Shown one piece after another: positions 52,321 to 64,000 of a DNA stretch of 64,000 nucleotides. The position numbers were made by a program, and so were the translations under genes. This stretch comes from Acanthaster planci (taxonomy: Eukaryota). The notes below the pieces were generated by a model. It was not told the DNA's origin, made no database searches, and saw nothing but the letters and a program-made list of their open reading frames with translations. The DNA lies in contig NW_019091360.1 in NCBI RefSeq assembly GCF_001949145.1, positions 2,291,599-2,355,598 of the forward strand. The letters run 5' to 3'. How positions within the stretch are numbered: position 1 is the first letter of the stretch; each line of letters starts with the position of its first letter.

Positions 52321-52524
52321 GTCCCCAGCTTCTCCCCCAAGCCACTGCAGCCCCCAAGGCAAGACTCCAAGGAGGAAGCCACTCCGGCCTGGCGGCAGGG
52401 CCTGCGGAAGTCGGGCAGTGCCAGCGTGGTGGCTGACACTGTCCAGAAACCGGACAAGGAGCCAGAGAAGCTGCCCCGGTCATCATCCAGTCCCAAGCTG
52501 ACCATGACGGAGGAGCGGGCCAAG
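52321..52524 (+). CDS. PPP1R12A: MYPT exon with S445- and S472/S473-equivalent motifs, 204 nt
   Basis: ctcccccttag acceptor; PAWRQGLRKSGS and LPRSSSSPKL resemble human WRLGLRKTGS and RSASSPRL; donor GTAAAG. Confidence 0.93.
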
Positions 52525-53016
52525 GTAAAGACCTGTAAGGTTGAGGCTGGGGGGAGGGAGTCAAGGGACTGGTAGGTCTGGTTCCAGCCTCTCCACTTAG
52601 AGGACAGGTGTTGAATGCCGTGAGGTTCCCAGTGTAGCTGCCTGGTTTCCTGTGTCAGACTTAATGTATACTTCATTTCTGGTCCATCAAGCTTGAACAG
52701 TTTCAGTATTGATGTTTGAAATTCTGCTTGGGCATTATTGTGGCTTGATAGATTCAAGAACTTGCTTGGTGTCCAAGCTCTAAAATGAGTCAGCTAGAAT
52801 GTGTTGTGACGTATATTGGCTGCGACTGTTTCTCAGGGGAAGTTCAAACGATAACTATTAATTGACCACTTTTCAAGTTTTCCCCGGTAATCTCTGCAAA
52901 AAATATATTCTGGATACCGGGTAAAAATCAATCAGTGGTTGACTAATGGTCATAGCTTGAACTTGTCTTCAGCTTGCCATTGGCTTATCATGTCTCATAT
53001 GTTTGTATTTTCTCAG

Positions 53017-53117
53017 CAATCAGTCAGTGAGAGGCAGGATAGGCTAGGGCGGCTAACGGAGGACAAGCCGGTTGAAACCAAAACGTCGGAACCGAAGCCC
53101 GAAGAAAAACCCGGCAG
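53017..53117 (+). CDS. PPP1R12A: MYPT exon, 101 nt
   Basis: ttttctcag acceptor; QSVSERQDRLGRLTEDKPVETKTSEPKPEEKPG; donor GTGAGT; phase 0 to 2. Confidence 0.88.
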
Positions 53118-54582
53118 GTGAGTCCACCAGTGGGCCATCATCATCATTACTGCATCTCACAGTGCTGATTGGTCCTGTCAATGTCATACTACATTCCTCT
53201 ATAACTAGCTCATTGCAAACTGGCTTTCGGAGTTACTGAAACGGGAAGTCAAAAATAATAAAATGACTTTGGGTAAAAGTTGTCAGAAGGGGCTGAAACT
53301 TAAAGGTTTAGGGTTGTTCTTTAGTTCATTTGCATTAGTTAGTTAATCTAGAAATCTGTACTTAAGAGGCCTGGGTGTTGGTTGAGGGTAGGAAGATAGA
53401 GAGGTCATTCTTCAAAGAAGGCAGGGATTTCTCAAAGGAAAAGGTTTTTTCTTGATCCATTTCAACACTGTACATGTGCATGGCAGTGATGTGTATGGAC
53501 AGGGAGTGACTGAGTCACATTGGGTCGGTACACATGCAAAGTGGAAGCGCTGCTTGCTGCATCACAAATAGCCTGTGCACTTGTCTGCTGGCTGCTATCT
53601 AATACAACTATTTTTTACTGGAGAATGCCGAGAAGGATTTTGGAAATAATTTCAAAAGGTAATTTTTGGGAAGGTTGGTTAGACCGATCCAGCAAGCCCC
53701 GCCCACAGTGCACGTAGGCTCTCAAGATGTGCTCTCCTCCAAAGCCACAATAAATGTTCCTGCTGCGTGCATTATATGCATCGTACATGTGCTCATGTTG
53801 GACTTTGGTGCACGCATGTCAGACATACATGTACATGTACAGTCATGGCTGCGATTGGCCAGAATGCAGTAGGGCTGGGCTCAATGGATTAGTCTGTTGG
53901 CTGTGTAAAGGAAGTGATTGCTCACTTTGCCCTGTTATTCTAACTGTTACCACACACAATGACCGGCTTTGTTGTGACAGCTGACTGTAAAACCAATCTT
54001 TGAGAGCAATTCAGTGGAAAATCTGCCCAAAAATAGTGCTGTCAATGATGAAGAACGTTTATTTGTAAACGATCGGGAACGATTCCTGTGAATCGGGCAG
54101 ATTCAAATCTACAAGTAATCACTGTTACTGCTCAGTTACCCAGCAAAGCCTAGTTGTCACCATGTAAATGCATGCCTGTTTTCCTGTTTTTAATAGCAAC
54201 CCTGTAATATTTAAAACTTGGTTTCCTGTCTCCAACATTTCTTTGTTAAATGAAATGCATGTTGTTCTCCCTTCCATCACAACTCTGATTTTAATACTGC
54301 ATGAGCGTCAGAACTTCCTGTGAGTCAAGGTGGCTAGAGCAAAAGTCACACGAAGGCATTTCAGAAGCTCTTTGTGCTAGATTTCACCTTTGTGTGTCAC
54401 TCTCCTCAATCTGATGGGAGGAGCCTCGGAATACTAGGAGTCATCAGTCAGTTCAAGTTGTATGGTAGCCCACAGGAATTTCTGTGCAGTTCAAAGTTTT
54501 CTCAGTGTGACACCCCCTTCCCTCCATCGTTTTTTCCCTTCACCATTTCCCCCACCCTTTGCTCATTTTAACACCCTCGCAG

Positions 54583-54768
54583 GGAGTACGGAATTTCCTC
54601 GCGAGGCGGGTCGTTCACGAGACGTCCCCGCATCATTGCCGATGTAACCACCGACCAGGACAAAGGCCCGGACACTGACCGGAACACGACCATAACCGCA
54701 ACCATAACCACCACCACTACCCCTTCTGTAACCACGGCAACAACTACCGTTCCAACAAACGGGAGAAG
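54583..54768 (+). CDS. PPP1R12A: MYPT Thr-rich exon, 186 nt
   Basis: ccctcgcag acceptor; EYGISSRGGSFTRRPR...NTTITATITTTTTPSVTTATTTVPTNGR; donor GTAAAA; phase 2-2. Confidence 0.85.
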
Positions 54769-55632
54769 GTAAAACTGAGGCAGGAGGGGGACCGCAATGT
54801 AAAAGGAAGGGGGGTCTTCTTTGATTCATTCAGAGCCCTGCTTTCCTCGACATATTCTCAAACTGTTCATTGTCAGTGACTGTTTCTTACCTGTCTCTGT
54901 GTGTACCATACCTTCTTGTTAGCAATCGTTAACCCATCTAAGGCTTGTTTGTTGGTTTGTTTGTGTACCTGTGTGTTCATTTGACATCTTAATGCCTGTT
55001 GAACTGTTATGGTACAGTTGTCCATTCCAATCTTTTCCCTTTTTTATCCTGTTGTGTTTACGTCTACTGTTATATGTTGTTTTCACCAAGTTGTTTTACA
55101 TGGAATATCACTAATGAATGTACTGCCCTTGTTATGTTCATTGAGCTCTTCTTTTACAAGGTGTGGGCTAGCCTTTATTGTTGCCATAGTTACACTGCCT
55201 CCTTCACAGTGAGGATCCATACATAGCCAATTTATTGTCAAGCGTCTGACAGAAAGATACCACATTAATGAATTATGCCAACTATTTCCTCCTTGTAACT
55301 CAGTTTTCTGACGCATTTTAACCAAATCTTGGAGGATTTCTTGAAGTGATTGTCATGAAGCGAGTTGTTACGATTAACAGATTGCCCCCGTTGAGAAATT
55401 GTTTCTCCATTTCATCCTCCAATTTGTCCGTCTTTTCATATTTTTTTCCATAACCATGCGTGGTGTGATTCTTATTACAATCTAATGTTGCCCAGGTTTC
55501 TGACTTTCCTTCCGTTGTTCACAATAACATTTTCCAAAGCTCATAATATTGGTGATACCCTGGTTTAGTCATCCCCTGCCATCTTTGCCTTATGTTTTCT
55601 GAGTGAACCAGCAGTTTGTCCACTTTTGTTAG

Positions 55633-55723
55633 GTCGTACATGACACCTGCCAAGGACGAGGAGTCGGAAACGCAACGTAGAGTAAGGGCTAAGCGGGAAA
55701 GGTCATCACGGAGATCAACTCAG
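55633..55723 (+). CDS. PPP1R12A: MYPT exon with S668- and T696-equivalent phosphosites, 91 nt
   Basis: RSYMTPAKDEESETQRRVRAKRERSSRRSTQ versus human RSYLTPVRDEESESQRKARSRQARQSRRSTQ; Thr codon at 55718-55720; donor GTTTGT. Confidence 0.96.
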
Positions 55724-56062
55724 GTTTGTGAGACCAAAATGATTCTCTTTAGTACTGTGCCAGCATGTCCCTGAGCAAGGCGCCTTTCGGCAATCGCTAC
55801 CTCTGCCCACATAGACGGAAATGGGTTCTCACAGGTGGCAGTTTTTAACATGGTAACTTGGATGCCTTTGTCTGTGAGGAAGGTGCTTGGCTATCAGTCG
55901 TCTATCCTGGATCGCAATGTGGGTGTCAGTTGATTTCAATGAATTTACTTGAAAGCTGTTTCACTTCAGAACACGGTACGGCCAGTACTGGTCAAGATGA
56001 AAAACTCTACAAATCACTCCCAAGTCGTGACCAGATTTGATTGATTTCTTTTTGTATTTCAG

Positions 56063-56152
56063 GGAGTGACAGCAGAAGACTTAGAGGGTGCTAAGACTGC
56101 AATTCAAAAGAAAGATGACAAGGAGAAAGACAATAAGAACGAACCCCAGAAG
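56063..56152 (+). CDS. PPP1R12A: MYPT exon, 90 nt
   Basis: tgtatttcag acceptor; GVTAEDLEGAKTAIQKK completes RRSTQGVT; donor GTAAGA. Confidence 0.95.
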
Positions 56153-56784
56153 GTAAGAGCTGGCACTGGGCTCAAGGTGAAAGCTGCCGGGCGGCCTAAT
56201 TGCAGGTGGTTGGGTGTTGCCGGTGTAAGGGTATCGCTGCTCCAAGGGGCAAATATCGGTTCATGGGTGCTGCAGATAAAAGCCCCCCCCCACCTGTCAA
56301 AATGGTAACGGTGCCTAAGGTGCATTGCACAAAGCTTAATCAGAGCAGTTCGCACAGTGCATCCCTTGTAAGCTTTCCCCCACTGAGCAATTAATTCTGT
56401 GTTTGGAAACCTATCTATACACAACATGTATTCAATTCAAACTGCACGCTTACTGTCTTTGCAGATCTGAACAGATCAGCACTTTCATGTGTAGCTATGC
56501 ACAATTCAAACACAGTAAGCCTTCTGTGCACCTCTTGAACGTGTTGTAGCCAGAGAAACAGTGTCTTGAAATATCAGAGCATTCACTCAGACTTTCCTCC
56601 CCCTCCCCTAAAAAATCTAAGCATGATAATATGATAATAATTTTCAGCTGTCTTGCGAATTTGTTTTTTTGCAAAAATTCATCCAACTTGTCCCCCTCGT
56701 AAAAAGGAAAATCAGTACACAGCATTTAGTAGAAAAAAGAACAAGACCCACATTTGTGAGCGACATTTTGGTCTGACTCAATAG

Positions 56785-56859
56785 GATAATAAGAAAGAAG
56801 AGGAGCCTCCTAGGCCATCTCGGAGAATTGGAAGGGTATCACTTACGAGCAACAAGGAG
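56785..56859 (+). CDS. PPP1R12A: MYPT exon, 75 nt
   Basis: ctgactcaatag acceptor (weak pyrimidine tract); DNKKEEEPPRPSRRIGRVSLTSNKE; donor GTATGT; phase 0-0. Confidence 0.75.
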
Positions 56860-59800
56860 GTATGTCACTGGGCGGTTCACAGACCACGCCTCACTTGCCG
56901 TTATCCCCTCCCATTCTTTCCTTTCCACTTCCCAACCAGAGTATTGTCTCTTTTTTTTTACGCTTGCTGTGTTAATATGCTTATTCTGGCTTGGCTTTGC
57001 TCTTTCTCATGTCATGCCTTTCGGATGTGCATTGAACACCAGACAGGCGTGGACTTAACCAAGATACAGTGATTTTGATTGGCTATTTTGAAACTGGTGT
57101 TCAGCTTTCTGTGTGAGCTGATCACCTCCAAGTAGGAAACCTGTCTCATCAATAATAAAATTAGGTGTCAAATTTGGTGGAGAACTTGGATTGCAGCTTT
57201 TTCAATTCTCAAGTCATTGTTTCCTGTTAGTGAAGAATTATTGGGGTGGAAAGTTTCTAGAAAAGGTTGGCCGTGAGAATAGAGGTGGACCACCAAATTT
57301 AAAACTGCATTCCCGAGAGCCAGTTCTGTATTCCGACAGTGCATGCGCCACCTGAGGCTATTTGGAAACAAAAACGCACACCCAAAATAGTCTGTCCTAT
57401 TAATGCAGCCATAAGCTGACTCACGTGGGTCTTTTGTTCCTGAAGACTTTGGCTTTTTGAAACACTGAACTGGCTCATTGATGGTGGATAAAACAAATTA
57501 ATACCTATATAAAGAGTGTTTTTATGATGTACATGTATGTCATTGCACTCACCTGCTTAAATAGGTGACAGTTGACCACAGCCTTGTTATAGTGAATAAG
57601 GTCTCTTCCTGGAGATAAGATTCCGTGTAGAATAAGCATTCTGCAAGTTGAGTTTGAATAAAATCTGGCACACTGAGTTCCTTAAAGTTAATTTAAATGA
57701 ACCTCACAATTTGAATTCTCCGTACTAAAGACACTCTTCCTGTACCTCGTGATTCGGGGCAAGGTTTTGCTTAGTTACATAAGAGACGCCTTGCATCAAT
57801 ACACTGTTTCAATTAATAAGAAGGGCGCAAAGGAACCAGTCCATTCCAGATATGGTGGTCGCTATGCAAAAGCTTGCCCCGAATCATGAGGTATGATAAC
57901 AGTGTCTTTAGTCTGGGGAATTCAAATTGTCATGTTTATGTGCAGTCAGATAACCCAGTGTACCAGATTTTATTTAACTCGCAAATGGCTCATTTGGAGG
58001 CTCTGCAACATTACAGAGTACTGTCTGCCATATTGAATTCACTGCTTCTGGTTTGTTTGTAGTACTTATGTTTGTCCAAGACCACTCATTGTGTGTGTTG
58101 CATGCATCCTCACATGTAGTTAAAACAACGAAGTACATTGTGTGTCTAGATAATCCTGCCTGCATTTGTATTAAGGGCAGACATTTCCAGTGTGTTTCAC
58201 ATATTTCTACCCTTCTTTTATATTAGCCTATTTTGCCATTGTTTGATATTGCGAGCTTTCCTTGTAGCCCGTTCGACCAAGCACGCAGTACAGAAACTGC
58301 ATCATGTCAACCTATATTGAAAAATGCATTGATGAGGGAGTTGCAGTTCCAGAAATTAAGACCTCGTCTTGCTCACTTTTCACAGAAAGTGTCACGCGCT
58401 GTGCAGTTTCTTCTGGTTTCTTGGGAAGTTCAAGTAGAGAACATTATGAGTCGTGCGGTACATTGACTGAAGATAGATGGCATGAGAGTCCAAAATGTTT
58501 CCCTCAGTGAGAACGAGGAAAAACCCCTTTGACAAAATAACACATGCCACACTCTGCCAAGATGGTGTCATTTCCACCAGACACCCTACTGACTTCTTCA
58601 CTTGTTCATTAGGTTCTGGCGTCATCTGATCACCAGTGTGACTCCCCCCCCATCCATTATCCATCACGAGGCCAGCTTTCATTTGAGACAGCTGGAGTTT
58701 TTCAGAGCAAACACCAGTCAATTATAAATCATCATTGAAACAATTAGAAATTGCTCTCACACATGGCAGGTCAAATTAGTTTAGCCATCAGACACTTCCG
58801 CACACAGAGCACTACATAGAAAAATGGACTGGTCACTTTTACCCATAAATTGTCAGGATGTTTTTTTCACATTGTTAATTCATGGGGGGATCAGTGGAAT
58901 GAGACTAATCAAAGTACAGCCGCTATTCTTTTTTTTTTCGTCCTGCTTTCATTAGATACATTAGAATGTTTAGTACCCCCAAAAAATTAAGAATCAAAGT
59001 CACATACACGTGGCAATTGACATGGTTGTTCCATCAGTTCTTAGAAGCAAGCTTAAGAAGCAGTTATGTGAACCCTTTTCCACATTTTTTCCTGGTAATA
59101 CCGAGCTCTCCACAATTACTGCCGGTCTGCGGTGTTATTCCACCCAAAGTTCTGACGTTAATGATGATATACTGCACACAAATGCTTCCCCATGGGCACT
59201 TAATCTTTTCATATGGCCCGACAAAGGGCCTTCCACTCTCCCAACCTGATGCGTCGTGATGCCAAGTGCACCCCTTCCTCCTCGACCCCCCCCCCACAAA
59301 ATGTACTTCACAGGTCATCCTCCTGAGGTCGTTGAACTCCTGCATTTCTGACTGCGGCTGCAACTCCAACTGATAAGAGGGCCACTTGACTTCTACATGT
59401 AACTCATAAATGGCCCATTCTGAATTACCCAGCATTTCCTGTAATGCCCTTGCCTGCTTGAGGAGGGTGCGGAAGGCAGATTCTGTGGCGCAGATGGAGA
59501 TAACGCATGGGATAATTACCAGACACCTCACTTTTTTTTTTTGAAGTAAACAAATTACCTCACTGTGTGTGATACCACTTAATCCCAGGGCCCTGATATT
59601 CTCATCTCATCTGACGGTGGAAACGAGCTCTTGTTTGCCGCATATTCAGCAGGGGTTGGATTGTGGTCGGGTCTTATGGTATTGGACTCTAACAATTTTG
59701 AAAGTATTGAGGAGAACAAAAATAACAGTCACAACAAAACTAGGAATTGTCCACATTCGCAGAAGTTCTGTTTTGATATTTCTTTTGTCTTTAAAACATC

Positions 59801-62800
59801 TTGGGCAAATAATGAACCACTACGCTATTTTTGATATCGTTTGGCACGAATTTGCTTGAAATCACTGAAGTGCAAATTTAATTGGCATGAAATCGGCGAA
59901 AAAGAAACTAAATTTGCATGAAATTAAGTAGATAGAAATTTGTGTAAATTTTTAGCATCTTACTGCTAAAAAGAGGTCTTTACTCTTTGAATACCTGTAA
60001 GAATGCCCTTCACATTCGTTTCCCTGTCCCCTTCCTATCTTGATCCACAATTATGAATACCAATACCTTGTAGATTCCGCACAGACAAAAAAAAATAAGC
60101 AGGCCCCATGTCTGAAGATCTCAGAGGACTGCTGTTTTAAGCCAATGATCGGAATGCACCTCTAAGGGCCTGTCTTATTGTCTTGTCGACAGTCGCTGTT
60201 TAATTAACCGACAGACATCTCTTGGCTGGGCTCCCGTGGCGTGATGTACGGGCTGCCTGGCATGCCAGGCATTCCCAGGATGCCTCTGAGGGCATTTTCC
60301 CACGGTGCTGCCGTCAGTCCTTATTGGCAGAATACTAAATGACATGCTAATGAGACAGACAGGTTTTGATCGTTCATTGCTGTGGGGGGGGGGTTGTAAT
60401 CCCTGGAGCGAATCAATCGAAGAGTCTTTAGTCTTATTGAGAGTTAGATTTGGAAGTTCATGGAAAGGGGGTCGAAGATAACACTTTGATTGTTTTCACA
60501 GCCTCTGGGAAAGAAAATTAAAAAACCATTAGTGCGATGGAGGCTTTCGTGAAGACAGAAATGTGAAGAATCTGTACAATGAGTAAACACAGACACAAGG
60601 CAGTCTAATTTATAATAATTAAAATTTGGAGCATTCAGCAGAAGTAGGTTGCATTGACAGAATGGCAAACATGTTTGTGCATGCAGACAGCTGTGTGATT
60701 TTGACTGTTGTCAATTTGAGAATTTTTACTTCTTGTACCAGTAATCCTACAGCTAGCTCATCTGTCCCTTGCCATCATTCCGCAGTGGTCTGTAGTTGTC
60801 ACACAATGTCTTGTTTCATGGTGGGGGGGGTTTCCAGTCCCTGAGCCAGCCAACTATTGAAGCCGAAATGAGTCCCCTGTTTCAACTTGTTATGGCCCCA
60901 TAAACATTTGGCTGCTAATTGAATACAACTCCCCCTTCTTTTTAGCCTCTGCTTACTCCCACAAGGGGCTCTTATGAAAGCAGAAACTTGGCAACTATTT
61001 ACAGAGGAAAAAAAGCTCAGCACAAAAGATAGTTGCTGTTACACCTTAAAACACCTTCCGAGTCGAATATAACACAGTTAGACACATAATTCACAGCATA
61101 GGGATGTTTGGTCGGGAGCCTTCCTCTTGACTGAGCAGGGCCCAGCTTTGATTGACAAGGTGTGTTGCAGTATACCGCAACAAAAATAACTTAAATACAT
61201 AACTATATCAAAGCATTTAGAAGGCGTACGGTATCTTTAATTCAAAGGTGCTGAATATAATCAGTATCCCTGCCCAGTGGGCTCACAAAATATGAACATA
61301 ATTAAAATCTCAGCCCAATGCTGTCATATCAGGCGCAAACGGTTGAACGTAAAGATCATGCCTGCCCTCACAGGTACCCATTTACTCCTGGATGGAGAGA
61401 GGCACATGGGGGGTAAAGTGTCTCCATCAGCGTTGCGTCTGTCAAGGCATCCTTAACTTCCCTTCTCGTAATCATCCCTGTCCCTGTCACCATCTTCCTC
61501 TTTGCCTTGGAGCCCTTAATTGCCGCTCATCTGCTTCTCTCCATACCCCCTCCCCCACTCCCTCCCCCCCCCTTCGAGCATATGAAATTCCCTACATTCT
61601 GCCAACAGACTGAAGTTTCTTCCTTTGAAGACAAAATTCTCCAAACATGTTTGTCTTGTCTGTTGTGCCCGATCATTGGTGACTAAAATGGAGGTTCTGA
61701 CAAGTTGAGTTTAATCGTGTTCCCATTTGCCATGTGATTGGCTGAGGCACCGTGTTGCTGATTATGTCGGTCAAATTGTTCCCTCTGTGTAACGTTGGTA
61801 GTGTGCAGATCACTTCTTTACTGTTTCCCATAGACCCCAGTCTGTGATTAAGGGCATCTCAATTTCAGATGTTGAAGGAAAATGAGGAAGTGTGTTTTGA
61901 GGAAAACCCACAGGATGTAGGGACTGACAAAATCCAATAGACGTAAAACATACGACGTCACGCTTTGTTTACATGTGCGCTTTCCTATAGGAGCTTGATG
62001 GCACGCATCCGCCTCACTGTCGTAGGAAAGGAGACATGCAAACAAAGCATGGTGTCATTATGTTACAGGTTTATTGATGTGATGGACCCAATGGCAAATC
62101 AAACTAGGGTCTCCAGAGGTCAAAGGTGAAGAAAGTACTACGCCAACCTGCCCATTGCACCGGTACTTGTAAACCAAGTATTTACATGTAGGTTATAAAT
62201 GCTTGTTGAGTAATTCACATTGTGCAAGATACATGTATTGCAAAAGTTGTTATAAAGCAAGAAATGGGATCCAAGACCATTTGGATCCCATCATTATTTG
62301 TTTCATGCTTTATGTCAGAAATCAACCCATTGCTCCTGTCAATCCACTTCACCCCGCTCTTCCTGAAACTTGAAAGGTCTCCCTCTGGTGTCTTCCTTGA
62401 GGGTTTGTGAGAATGAGGTCCTTGTGAGAACAATCGGCACCTGTTGCTAGGAAAAGCCTTTGAAAACCAGAGAAGGGGTGTCTATAATGTGACAGTTCTA
62501 TACACTTTGGGGGGGGACTTTGTCTGGATTTATTTTATAGCGTGTTCCTTGGATATGATGGTCTGGTGGAGAAATAATCATGTGTCGTCATTGTGCTGAC
62601 TTCTTGTTTCTTTCTGGGGAGGACTGTCTGTTTCATAACTTGATAAAAACGACAAAAGTCAACTTTGTGGACAAGTTATGAAAACCTAACTGCTGGCGTA
62701 TTATTATTGGGTTTTTTTTAGGGGGGATGGTGTTACCATGAACATTGTCTTGAAATTCTTTCATGAACAAAAGACATTCCTCCAAGCTTTCGTTTGACTT

Positions 62801-63707
62801 TGATGAGTTCCCGTGGATGAATTGTCAGTGAGCATGGCTATGGTATCAGAACAGCAATGGAAAACAGAATTAAAGCATTTCGCATGATGAAGTTCGGCTG
62901 CCTTGGGCCCAAAAGGAATCTAAAGCTGTCACGCTTTTGGAATGATTGCCACATTGATTGCTTCCTTGGATGGCCCTGATCTGAAAAATACAAGCGCACG
63001 AATGTTTACGTTTTTGTGAGAGCTGCGTAGGCAAGGAAATTCTCTCGCATTTAAAAAAAAGAAAGAAAAGAAAGCGCTTCGGCTCTGGCAAGATAGAGGT
63101 GACTACTAACAACACTCCGCTTTGCTTGAGGGAAGCGGTGCCTGCTATGACACTAGGTCAGTACACAACAAATTCACCCTTTGTATTAGTTTTTGTAATA
63201 GTTTCTAACTGAAAAAGGTCAAGATTTGGAAACCTGACAGTTGCGTCAAGGCAACGTGGAAGTACAAATTTTGAGGAGAATCTAAATGTTCATGAACAAG
63301 GAATTGTTTCACCGTGTGTCACTGTCTAACGTTGCACACCAAAACAAGGCCAAAGAGAACTGCATTGTAATCTCTTCATTAACTCTTTGGTAGCTATGCT
63401 AATAACTTGCATATGAAAACAGTTAGCTGGTTAGGAATACATGTGCATGACTAACACGTTGACTAGTCATTCTTTTCTCGTTTAATCCATTCATTGCCTA
63501 TTAATCTGAAGGGGGGACAAACACACACCAAACAAACTTCATTTACTAATTCTGCTGTGGAGCTACTGCTGAGCTACTCTCTCAAAATCACTTCATGTTC
63601 AAAATCACTTTCATAAAGGTACATGTAGATGTATTTTCTTCCAAATAAAAAAACAAACAAACAAACAGATCTCCTCAAAAAACAGTTTGAAATTTGTTTT
63701 GTCGTAG

Positions 63708-63861
63708 GAGCCGGAACCAGTTCAGCAGTTTTCAGGACGAAGGGGTCAGGATAACCAGGCTAACACCACAGCGACCTTCACAGCTCGGCCTGGCCGGCTG
63801 GGTTCAGCATCAACCGATACCACCAGTACCTCAGTGCGCACAGCTAGACTCCCATCACATG
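63708..63861 (+). CDS. PPP1R12A: MYPT exon, 154 nt
   Basis: tttgttttgtcgtag acceptor; EPEPVQQFSGRRGQDNQANTTATFTARPGRLGSASTDTTSTSVRTARLPSH; donor GTCAGT, phase 1. Confidence 0.82.
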
Positions 63862-63969
63862 GTCAGTTTCCCCTTTTGTAGTTAATTTTTCATTTCAGTT
63901 CACACACGCATGGTTCAGTTGATAATTTATTTTGTAATGCATGGTGAGATTTGCTATCTGCTCTTTCAG

Positions 63970-64000
63970 CAGACAGGGAATTGAGCAAAAGTTGCCAGCA
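63970..64000 (+). CDS. PPP1R12A: Start of next MYPT exon (truncated by window), NAGNAG acceptor
   Basis: ctctttCAG|CAG; open in phase 1 (ADRELSKSCQ). Confidence 0.6.

Larger units (their letters stand above)
16289..64000 (+). other. PPP1R12A: Span of myosin phosphatase regulatory subunit gene (PPP1R12 family, MYPT1/Mbs-like), 3' end beyond window
   Basis: GT-AG exons join in frame to give MyPhoNE (RHEQLQRW), RVxF (KVKF), ankyrin repeats, WRQGLRKSGS, RSSSSP, RRSYMTP and RRSTQGVT, all recognisable MYPT motifs. The symbol denotes the closest vertebrate paralog; one-to-one orthology is not established. Confidence 0.96.

Noticed and set aside
1..64000. The many 60-155 aa ORFs in the six-frame track as stand-alone genes
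   Set aside because: Intron-rich eukaryotic DNA; most ORFs are rich in C/T/V/H/M/Y because they translate TACATG repeats, and show no recognisable domain.
1..64000. tRNA, rRNA or snoRNA genes
   Set aside because: None recognised by eye; tRNAscan-SE or Infernal would be needed to exclude them.

Overview
Eukaryotic (animal, probably marine invertebrate; taxon is inference only) genomic DNA, so the short ORFs in the six-frame track are mostly noise. The main feature is a + strand, multi-exon myosin phosphatase targeting subunit gene (PPP1R12/MYPT1, Drosophila Mbs-like). It starts at ATG 16289 and runs off the right end. I assembled 16 phase-compatible core exons (2185 nt, about 728 codons) plus the start of a 17th. 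They encode the MyPhoNE and KVKF PP1-binding motifs, ankyrin repeats, motifs equivalent to human S445/S472/S668, and the RRSTQGV inhibitory site. The central introns hold several candidate frame-preserving cassette exons (39, 54, 81 and 6 nt), a long AG-free zone with a hairpin-flanked distant branch point, and candidate poison or terminal exons. The rest is intron/intergenic DNA with MITEs, two hAT-type elements with perfect 8-bp target site duplications, a LINE fragment, decayed DIRS-like RT remnants and minisatellites. TA-framed palindromes (TACATGTA, TACCGGTA, TAGGCCTA) are strikingly frequent and look like transposon excision footprints. A CpG-richer zone (about 9.4-16.8 kb) holds the promoter, a possible divergent first exon and six oriented GAGGGCGC motifs. 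All calls were made by eye; no searches were run. I found no convincing wholly new multi-gene system.
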